Origin: Desulfatiglandales bacterium
Lineage (GTDB): Bacteria; Desulfobacterota; DSM-4660; Desulfatiglandales; Desulfatiglandaceae
Length of the DNA stretch: 64,000 bases
Reading direction: 5' to 3'
NCBI GenBank assembly: GCA_963662465.1
Contig: OY759599.1
Span: 1,472,001-1,536,000, forward strand
Below are positions 1 through 8,062 of this stretch, piece by piece. Every line of letters begins with the position of its first letter. Positions within the stretch are counted from its first letter, which is position 1. Position numbers and translations under genes: made by a program. The notes below the pieces were generated by a model. The model did not search any database. It was not told the DNA's origin and saw only the letters and a program-made list of their open reading frames with translations.

Positions 1-438
1 GCCGGGATATGGGATCCGGCCTGGGAAAAGGAAAATGCCGGATGGTTTTCCGATACGGTTGACCTGGTTCGCGCCCGGTTCCATACGACGGTGGATTTTG
101 TGGAACAGGGACGGGCCTATTTTTCAGATCAATTTCCAATGGATTCAAAAGCGCTTGAGAAGAATATTCTCAAACATGATGTGCTTCAAAAATGGCTGCC
201 TGAAATGGCAGATCGGATTTCGGAAATCCCCGATTTTACCAAGCCTGCCATCGAGTCCGTTTTGGAAAAAGTTCTGAAAGAAATGGGCGTCAAGCCGGGG
301 GTGTTGATGAATGCCGTTAGAACAGCGGTCACCGGTCAGTCCAAAGGTCCGGGATTTTTCGATTTTTTCCTGGCCATCGGGCAGCGGGAGGTGGTTCGGC
401 GGCTGCGCCGGGCAGTTCACTGGTTCAAGAAGGTCTGA
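1..438 (+). CDS. gltX: Glutamate--tRNA ligase, C-terminal anticodon-binding part (5' truncated by window edge)
   Basis: Frame +1 open from base 1; ends LMNAVRTAVTGQSKGPGFFDFFLAIGQREVVRRL, typical of the GluRS C-terminus. Confidence 0.85.
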   Translation, partial: AGIWDPAWEKENAGWFSDTVDLVRARFHTTVDFVEQGRAYFSDQFPMDSKALEKNILKHDVLQKWLPEMADRISEIPDFTKPAIESVLEKVLKEMGVKPGVLMNAVRTAVTGQSKGPGFFDFFLAIGQREVVRRLRRAVHWFKKV

Positions 439-481
439 ACCTTTTACGGGTATCCCGTCGGGTGTTGGCCTCCTCCCTGTT

Positions 482-635
482 TTTGAACACGATTCACAGG
501 ATTAAATACGATTCACAGGATTAGAAGATGGCGGCCCGGCAAATTTCTCCTCGTCATGGGGAGACCTTTTTGTTTGCGGTTTATCGCCCAAGGGTAATCC
601 TGTCCATCATTATAATCTTCTAAATCGTGTTCAAA
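482..635. repeat. Solo 154-bp empty copy of the GxxExxY-associated inverted-repeat element
   Basis: Begins TTTGAACACGATT, ends AATCGTGTTCAAA; colinear with array units at 8063-10531 and with both arms of 10532-11046. Confidence 0.95.
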
Positions 636-647
636 CAGTGTCCCCAT

Positions 648-2327
648 TCATAAAACCAGATTGTGCGCCAGAACGGGGCGGGAAAAACCTTTCACGGTAA
701 TCTCGCCCCCGGTTTCAAATTGGAAAGCATCTTTTACCAGTGCCCAGGTGGCATGGCTGACCAGAATCCCCCCGGGGGCGCAGGCGCCTTCCAGGCGGGA
801 GGCGAGATTGACGTGCATCCCGAAGGCCGTAAAATCTTTTCGGTTTTTGGATCCGAACCCTCCGACGTTCACCATGCCCGTATTGATGCCGCAACGAATC
901 TGTAACGGTTGGGCAATCCCTTCATTGAACCATTTTTCATTCAGTTCCGACATTTTTCGCTGCATAGTAACGGCCATTTGGGCGCAGTGTAATGCATTGT
1001 TCTTATCGTTTCCTTTTTCGGGAGCCCCGAAAAAAATAAAGAGTTCATCCCCTTTGACATTGGCCACAACCCCGCCGTATTCATTGGCGATCTCGTACAT
1101 CTCCGACAGATACTCATTGAGAAGGTTCGCCATGTCTTCGGGTTCCATGGATTCCGTGATGTTTGTAAAATCCTTGATATCCGAAAAAAACAGGGTGAGT
1201 CTTTTACGTGAATAATCCCATACATCATCGATTTCATTGGCCAAAATCCTTTCCGTCAATTGAACCGGAACATATTTGGCCAGCACCTTATGGGCCCGCG
1301 CCACGGTCTCTTTCTCACGTTGAAGGTCACAGGTTCTCTCTTCAACCAGTTTTTCCAGGTTTTCGCGATGGTATAAATTGTCGAAAGCGATGGCCACGTT
1401 TGAAAGAAAAATATTGATCAGATCCCTGTCGGTTTTACCCACGGGCTTTTGGCTTTCAAGATAGAGAATGTTTTCAATACAACGGTTGGTTTTGAAATAG
1501 CAGATGATTTTTTTATCCTTAAAATTGTTCTTTTTCTCCCTGAGTGCCTCGTTGATGTCATCCTTGACATTTTGATCGCTCAAGTCCGTCACACATCGAT
1601 CCAGATACTTTTCATAATGGCCTGTTCCGGCGACAATCTTGTAGTTGTCTTGTTCCTGGGTCGCCGCAAACCCACAGGTTCCATCGGATGTTCGGAGCAA
1701 CAGTGAATTTTCTTCAAAACCCAATATGGATGTCAACTGGGCCAACACGCCCGCTGTAAACTGTTTGAAGGATGAAAGTTTCAACAGACTTGAAGAGGCA
1801 TTGATAATCATCTCAAGTCCTTTGCGGTTCTTTTCAATCACGTTCAGATCGCGACAGGACCGCAGTGCCGAGGTTACCGCCGTAAAAAGCCTGCTGCTGG
1901 TCAACTCTTCCTTGGTTTTATAATCATTGATGTCATACTCAATAATGACCTTTTTTTCAGGCGCCTGTCCGGGTTGACCCGTGCGCAGGATGATCCGCAC
2001 AATGGTGTTTTGTAGCTCCTCCCGGATATACCGAACAACATCCAATCCGGCATGATCCGTTTCCATGACCACATCCAGAAGGATCACCGCCGTATCTGGA
2101 TGTTCCGCAATCAACCGCCTGGCTTCCGCTCCGGAATAGGCGCTTAAAAACACCATATTCCGCCCATCAAAAACGTAGTCCTCAAAAATCATGCGGGTCA
2201 CATTGTGAACATCTTCCACATCATCAACGATCATCATTTTCCATGCATTTTGATGAACCGCTGCGTCTTTCTCAAGATCATCGTCTTCAAAGAAAAGTTC
2301 CTCTTCTTCAGATACGTTTAATGTCAT
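648..2327 (-). CDS. Receiver domain + DUF3369-like domain + class III nucleotidyl cyclase
   Basis: REC motifs IVDD, LLDVVME; cyclase motifs FSDIKDFT, GDE, RCGINTG, VNLASRLE. Confidence 0.9.
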   Translation of the reverse strand: MTLNVSEEEELFFEDDDLEKDAAVHQNAWKMMIVDDVEDVHNVTRMIFEDYVFDGRNMVFLSAYSGAEARRLIAEHPDTAVILLDVVMETDHAGLDVVRYIREELQNTIVRIILRTGQPGQAPEKKVIIEYDINDYKTKEELTSSRLFTAVTSALRSCRDLNVIEKNRKGLEMIINASSSLLKLSSFKQFTAGVLAQLTSILGFEENSLLLRTSDGTCGFAATQEQDNYKIVAGTGHYEKYLDRCVTDLSDQNVKDDINEALREKKNNFKDKKIICYFKTNRCIENILYLESQKPVGKTDRDLINIFLSNVAIAFDNLYHRENLEKLVEERTCDLQREKETVARAHKVLAKYVPVQLTERILANEIDDVWDYSRKRLTLFFSDIKDFTNITESMEPEDMANLLNEYLSEMYEIANEYGGVVANVKGDELFIFFGAPEKGNDKNNALHCAQMAVTMQRKMSELNEKWFNEGIAQPLQIRCGINTGMVNVGGFGSKNRKDFTAFGMHVNLASRLEGACAPGGILVSHATWALVKDAFQFETGGEITVKGFSRPVLAHNLVL

Positions 2328-2565
2328 TTAATTTCTCCATACATGGAATTTGTATCAAAGTCATTCGTTCGGTTGGGCGATCACGATTCGAATTCAGAAT
2401 CTCCGCGGATGAGGCTGTTTCGAAAAATAATTCAAGTGCTTCCTTAAGATTTTTCCGGGCAGCCTCGATTGTATCCCCCTGGCTGGCAATATCGAACTCC
2501 GGGCAAAACGAAACATAACCGTCACCTTCACGTTCGATAATTGCAGTGAGTTGTTTTTGCATCAT
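2308..2565 (-). CDS. hicB: HicB-like antitoxin, orphan, C-terminus probably degenerate
   Basis: LTAIIEREGDGYVSFCPEFDIASQGDTIEAARKNLKEALELF is a HicB N-domain signature; no hicA adjacent. Confidence 0.75.
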   Translation of the reverse strand: MMQKQLTAIIEREGDGYVSFCPEFDIASQGDTIEAARKNLKEALELFFETASSAEILNSNRDRPTERMTLIQIPCMEKLNDIKRI

Positions 2566-2611
2566 ACTTTCTCCAAATGTTTTAATTCGTTTTTAATCGG
2601 CAAACGTTCCG

Positions 2612-5600
2612 TTATTCCAGGATCTTCATCCCTTCTGGAATTTTCATTCTGATCATCATACCATTTCCCTGCGTACTCTCACATGAAATCTTCCCCCTGA
2701 GGCTCTGGGTCACCAGGTTATGCACAATGTGCATCCCCAGCCCGCTTCCCCCCTGGGAGCGTTTGGTGGTGAAGAACGGATCAAAGATCTTGTTCAAATC
2801 TTTTTCGTTCATCCCCTTGCCGTTGTCCCGGTAGGTCAATATGATGGAACCGTTATCTTCTGTAGCGTCAAAACTGATTTCGCCCGCTTCCATTTCGTCA
2901 AAGCCATGAATCAGGGAATTCATCACCAGGTTTGAGATAATCTGGGAAAAGGCGCCGGGGTAACTATTCAATGTCAGCGCTTCCGGGCAGTTGACGGTAA
3001 CCAGGTGCTTTGTTTTCTTCAGTTTCGGTTTCAGGCTCAAGAGCACATCTTCGATATAGGCCTTGAGAGTAAACTCGCGGCGTTCGCCGCTGGTCTGGTC
3101 TACCGCCACCTGTTTGAAGCCCTGCACGATTTTCACCGCGCCGCTCAGGTTCTTGAGGATCAGGTTGGAGGAATCGCCGGCGGTTTTGGCATAGCTGTTC
3201 AGGTCGGAACGTTTCAGCTTTTGGGCTGCCACTTTTGCCACGAATTCCTGTGTTTTGTCTTCCAGGTGGGATGCGGCGGTCACGGCGATGCCGATGGGCG
3301 TATTGACTTCATGGGCAACCCCCGCCACCAAGCCCCCCAAAGCTGCCATTTTCTCGGATTGCACCAGTTGCGCCTGGGTCTTCTGGATGGTGTCGAGGGA
3401 TTGCTTCAGTTCCGTTGTTCTTTCCTCCACTTTTTCTTCCAGGGTTTTGGAATAGTCCTGCTGCTGTTTGTACAGGTCCGCGTTTTCAAGGGAGATGGCC
3501 GCCTGAGAGCAGAGCAGTGGAAGGACTTCAAGGCGCTCCGGGGTGAATGCGCCCGTTGCCAGGTTGTTTTCAAGATAGATGATGCCGCTCAAATTGTTTC
3601 GATGGATCAACGGGGCGCATAATAGGGATTTGGGTTGATGGTTCATGATGTAGGGGTCAGTGGTGAACTTCCCTTGGTGGGCGGCATCCTCAAGGACAAG
3701 GTTTTCGTTGACCCGGGCAACGTATTGAATGATGGTGACTGGCACGTTTGGAGAATCTTCCAGAGGAACGGACTGAAGCACCTGAACCTTTTCCTGATGG
3801 ATATGACCTTCGGCCTCGATCCGGAAATCCCCGTCTGATTTCAGGATCAGGCAGCCTTTTTCAGCACCCGCATTTTCAATGATGATCTGCATCATGCGGG
3901 AAAGGAGTTTCTCGATCTGGATTTCCCCTGATATCACCTGGGAGGCTTTCATGACGGAGGTCAGATCAAGCTGTTCGCCTTTAAGCTGGTTGCTGGTGGT
4001 GGTGATGGTTGTTGCATGGCCGGGTTTCCGGTCTTTATCATTGGTGGATGCTTGTGACGTTTTGGTCGAAACAACAGCCAGCAGTTCAGGGTAATTTATG
4101 TCCAGATGATCCACTTTTGCCCTGGCGCCCCAATGGTCATAGCAATACCTGGCTTCTGTCATATACTTTCGGGCGGTCTCGGTTTCTCCCTTTTCCAGGT
4201 AAAATTTTGCGGCCAACTCATTGGTCAGGGCTTCTTCCTGGATGTACTGGTTTTCCTTGGCTCCGGCGATGGCCTGGTTGTAGAAAGCAATGGCTTTCTC
4301 ATCTTTTCCGAGAACTCTCGCTCGTTCGGCCTCCACCAGTTGCCATTTGTGGAGATAATTCATTGGGGCGTGATAAGCCCATTTTTTCATCTTTTTTTGG
4401 TTTTTGGCAACTTTTCGAAGGATGAGTTTTTGGTTGGTTATTGGAGTTCCAGAGAACAGTGCCAATTGGGTCAGGGAATCGTAGAAATGGAAAACGACAA
4501 ATGGCACCATGCCTGTTACAGCAACTAAATGCTTTTCTGTATTTCCGGCATTATTAGCTGCCTGATCGTATTGCTGGAATAGATAACAAAGGATAAGTTT
4601 ATTCAAATACAAACCGCAAGTTCCAGTTTTATCATTTTCTTCTTGATAAAGCTTTAGTATTCTTTTTTCATCAAAAGCATCTCCAGTTAATATTGTAGGA
4701 TCTTCATTGTAACCCATCAAATTCAATACTACCTGCAAAGCCCTTTGGTTAAGAAATAGAAATGGTTTTTGCCCTAATTTTCTAATAGCATTGTTGTATT
4801 TGGATATATTTTGCTCAATCGTTAATAATTCTATTCCAGCAAAATAAGAATAAAGTGAGTAATTAAACGCGTTACTGGCAGCATCTTCCAAAGCCCCAAT
4901 TTCAAGGCTTTTTTGGAATCCCGTTTTGAATGGTTCTAACGATTCCCTGACATGTCTTTTCCAATGTTTAATATGACAATTAAATCCAAATTGGGCTTTT
5001 ACGTCTGCTGATTTGGCATTGAGTTTTTCTGATAACCGTACTCCCAACTTTCCGAATTCGAAACCGGATTTTATATCTCCTATGCCCCCGCATAGAATAG
5101 CGCCATATGCGGTATATGAACCACTTGATTCTGGAGCATTACCGTATTTGACGGATAGATTTATACCTGAAAAGACTAGAAATGGATAAAGCTCGGGCGC
5201 AGAAAAATAAACAGAGTTGCTCATACTTGTTCCAATACGCATCGCGGCAAACTTATAAGGATCAGTCATTTCCGGAAGGTTGATTAAAAACTCAGGTTGT
5301 TTTCCAAGCAAAGCGAATCTTGTTCTCAGATAGGCGGCCAAAAGATTCAATTTGGTCGGTTTTTGGGGGACAGTCATGCCTAAGAGCTTTGAAACATGAA
5401 GCCCGATCTTTACAGCATCCAGCAGCTTATGTTGCGCCGTATAGGCTTGAATCTTTACATCGTAAGTTTTTATCTTATCCAGCACGGTTTTTGCGTGCTG
5501 CAAGACTATCTCTGCCAAATCCCCCATCTCCTCATAGTCGCCGCAAAGAAAAGCTGCTTCTGCTGCTTCCTCGTGGAGCGTCAGAGTTAAGCCATATTGC

Positions 5601-8014
5601 ACCTGCCAGCTATCTTCTCGAAGCATTCCTATGCCGGATTTCAGGTAATCAAATGCCGGCACATAAGCCGCAGAAAGTTTCGCTTTTTTACCGGCAAGAA
5701 GATTTAATTGCGCAAGTTTTTCCCGTTCCTCTTCATCTGTCATCAATTCAGAACTTAAATTGAGTTGATCAACTACCGCCAAGATCTGCTCTTCAAGCTC
5801 CTCTTCAGAAATCCTCTTCAGCATCTCCCTGCCGATTTGCAGATGCACTTCCGGTCTCTCTTTTTCTTCAATCAGGGAATAGGCTGCCTGTTGTACCCGG
5901 TCGTGCAGAAATTTGTACACGGGAGATAGATGGTCACGGTCGGAAATCTTATCAGAAGTTGGAGATTTAAGCGGAGAAGAAATATACTTGTACGATTCAT
6001 CCACCGGCAGGACCAATTCCTCCTGCAATGCCGGCAATAAATCATCCGCCGTCTCCTGAACCGGTTTTTCATACACAATGGAGAGGGTGTTTAAATCAAA
6101 TCGATTTCCGATACAGGCTGCAAGGCTGAGAAGATGCCCGGTATTCCCTGATAATTTTTGAATCTTGCTGACCATCAAATCAACGACATTATCGGTAATA
6201 TCGGTTTGCCTGATTCTCTCCTCATCCCACTGCCAGATTCCTTCATCGCTATTAAAAAAAATCAGCCCGTCCTGATACAGGGAATGGATGAACTGGTTCA
6301 GAAAGAAAGGATTCCCCCGGGTTTTGGCAAAGCATAACCCGGCAAGGGGGTTTGATCGCTCCGGATCGCACGAAAAAGTTTCCGACAGGAGCTGGTTGAC
6401 GTGGGTTTCCATCAGCAATTGCAGTGGGATGGTTTCAACTTCCGCCCCGCTTTTTTCGATTTCCTCAATGGTCCGCATCAAAGGGTGGGCAGGGTCCACT
6501 TCATTGTCCCGATAAGCGCCGATGAGATAGAGATATTCCGCTTTTACGGTGATGAACATCTCGATCAGTTTCAGGGACGCCGCATCCGCCCATTGGAGGT
6601 CATCCAGGAAAATCACCAGGGGGTGATCTTCGGCGGCAAAGGTGTTGATAAAGTTTTCAAAGACATAGTTGAACCGGTTCACATTCTCCGTGGGACCCAG
6701 CGTCGGGACTTCCGGCTGGCTGCCGATAATCAGCTCCAGCTCCGGGATGACCTCGATCATCACCCGGCCGTTGGGGCCTAACGCTTTTAACAATTTCTCT
6801 TTCCAGGTGGATATCTGCGCGTCGCTTTCAGACAGAATCTGCCGGATCAATTGCTGAAAGGCCTGGATCAGGGGAACGTATGGGGTGCTCTTTTTTAACT
6901 GGTCGAATTTGCCTGAAATGAAATATCTCTTCTTACTTTTTGCGGTCAGGGGATTTTGCGTCTGTTGTGTCAGGGGCCGTTGAACTTCATGCACCAGGGC
7001 GGATTTGCCGATACCCGCCGGACCCGTCACCAACACCATTTTGCAGGCGCCCCGGCTTACCTCGTCAAAACCTGACAACAGGGTGTTGATTTCAGCTTCC
7101 CGGCCATAGAGTTTTTGCGGAATCCGAAGCCTGTCCGAGATATCCTTTTGCCCGATTTCAAAGGGCTCTATTTTCCCTGAACCTTCGAGCCTGTCCAGGC
7201 ATTGCCGCAAATCGTGCTGAATCCCAAAGGCCCCCTGATAGCGGTCTTCCGCATCCTTTGCCATGAGCTTCAGGATGATATCCGATAGGACCGGTGGGAT
7301 TGCGGCGTTGATTTTATGCGGCGGTTCAGGCATCAATGCCAGATGGGCATGCACCAGTTCAATGGGTTCCGTGGACAGGAAAGGCAGTCGGCCGGTGAAC
7401 AATTCGTAGAGCGTTACACCAAAGGAATAGAAGTCCGTTCGCCAGTCCACCAGGCGGTTCATGCGGCCGGTTTGTTCCGGGGACATGTAGGGCAGGGTGG
7501 CCGTCATCAGCATGGAACGTTCGACGGTGGGGGTTTCCCGGGAGATGATACTGGCCGAGCTGAAATCCATCAGTTTCAGGACGCCGGTTTCAGGGTTATA
7601 GAGGATGTTGGAAGGTTTGATATCTTTGTGGATGATGTGCGCCTGATAGATTTCGCCTAACGCTGATGCGGTTTTGACGGCGATCTCTAAAAACTGATCA
7701 ACTTTCAAGGCCTCTGATTTTTGCGGGGTTTTAAGATCAGCGCCGCCGGAGTCCTCCAATACCAGGTAGGGCCGGTGGTCATGCATGATGAGATCCATCA
7801 CTTTAACTACACCTTCTAACCCATTGGCTTTAAAGGTCTTCAGAACATTATATTCATGGCTGTAGCGTGCCGTTTCATGGGGAGAGGGGTGGGCGCTTGC
7901 GGTGGTTTTCAGGATAACCGGTTGGTTGTCATCGGTGTTTACGGCACGATAGACGTGGGTGTTGGCACCTTGGTATAGGGTGTCAGTAATGTCAAAATCC
8001 TTGAACTCGGTCAT
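2612..8014 (-). CDS. Ser/Thr kinase - AAA ATPase - helical repeats - GAF - histidine kinase (1800 aa)
   Basis: HKDIKPSN, YMSPEQ, Walker A GPAGIGKS, Walker B IFLDD, H-box AHEVNTP, DNGKG, GSGLG. Confidence 0.95.
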   Translation of the reverse strand: MTEFKDFDITDTLYQGANTHVYRAVNTDDNQPVILKTTASAHPSPHETARYSHEYNVLKTFKANGLEGVVKVMDLIMHDHRPYLVLEDSGGADLKTPQKSEALKVDQFLEIAVKTASALGEIYQAHIIHKDIKPSNILYNPETGVLKLMDFSSASIISRETPTVERSMLMTATLPYMSPEQTGRMNRLVDWRTDFYSFGVTLYELFTGRLPFLSTEPIELVHAHLALMPEPPHKINAAIPPVLSDIILKLMAKDAEDRYQGAFGIQHDLRQCLDRLEGSGKIEPFEIGQKDISDRLRIPQKLYGREAEINTLLSGFDEVSRGACKMVLVTGPAGIGKSALVHEVQRPLTQQTQNPLTAKSKKRYFISGKFDQLKKSTPYVPLIQAFQQLIRQILSESDAQISTWKEKLLKALGPNGRVMIEVIPELELIIGSQPEVPTLGPTENVNRFNYVFENFINTFAAEDHPLVIFLDDLQWADAASLKLIEMFITVKAEYLYLIGAYRDNEVDPAHPLMRTIEEIEKSGAEVETIPLQLLMETHVNQLLSETFSCDPERSNPLAGLCFAKTRGNPFFLNQFIHSLYQDGLIFFNSDEGIWQWDEERIRQTDITDNVVDLMVSKIQKLSGNTGHLLSLAACIGNRFDLNTLSIVYEKPVQETADDLLPALQEELVLPVDESYKYISSPLKSPTSDKISDRDHLSPVYKFLHDRVQQAAYSLIEEKERPEVHLQIGREMLKRISEEELEEQILAVVDQLNLSSELMTDEEEREKLAQLNLLAGKKAKLSAAYVPAFDYLKSGIGMLREDSWQVQYGLTLTLHEEAAEAAFLCGDYEEMGDLAEIVLQHAKTVLDKIKTYDVKIQAYTAQHKLLDAVKIGLHVSKLLGMTVPQKPTKLNLLAAYLRTRFALLGKQPEFLINLPEMTDPYKFAAMRIGTSMSNSVYFSAPELYPFLVFSGINLSVKYGNAPESSGSYTAYGAILCGGIGDIKSGFEFGKLGVRLSEKLNAKSADVKAQFGFNCHIKHWKRHVRESLEPFKTGFQKSLEIGALEDAASNAFNYSLYSYFAGIELLTIEQNISKYNNAIRKLGQKPFLFLNQRALQVVLNLMGYNEDPTILTGDAFDEKRILKLYQEENDKTGTCGLYLNKLILCYLFQQYDQAANNAGNTEKHLVAVTGMVPFVVFHFYDSLTQLALFSGTPITNQKLILRKVAKNQKKMKKWAYHAPMNYLHKWQLVEAERARVLGKDEKAIAFYNQAIAGAKENQYIQEEALTNELAAKFYLEKGETETARKYMTEARYCYDHWGARAKVDHLDINYPELLAVVSTKTSQASTNDKDRKPGHATTITTTSNQLKGEQLDLTSVMKASQVISGEIQIEKLLSRMMQIIIENAGAEKGCLILKSDGDFRIEAEGHIHQEKVQVLQSVPLEDSPNVPVTIIQYVARVNENLVLEDAAHQGKFTTDPYIMNHQPKSLLCAPLIHRNNLSGIIYLENNLATGAFTPERLEVLPLLCSQAAISLENADLYKQQQDYSKTLEEKVEERTTELKQSLDTIQKTQAQLVQSEKMAALGGLVAGVAHEVNTPIGIAVTAASHLEDKTQEFVAKVAAQKLKRSDLNSYAKTAGDSSNLILKNLSGAVKIVQGFKQVAVDQTSGERREFTLKAYIEDVLLSLKPKLKKTKHLVTVNCPEALTLNSYPGAFSQIISNLVMNSLIHGFDEMEAGEISFDATEDNGSIILTYRDNGKGMNEKDLNKIFDPFFTTKRSQGGSGLGMHIVHNLVTQSLRGKISCESTQGNGMMIRMKIPEGMKILE

Positions 8015-8062
8015 GTTCAGCTCCGTGTTTGAGGTCGTCCGTTTTTTTTAAGATGCAAGCGT

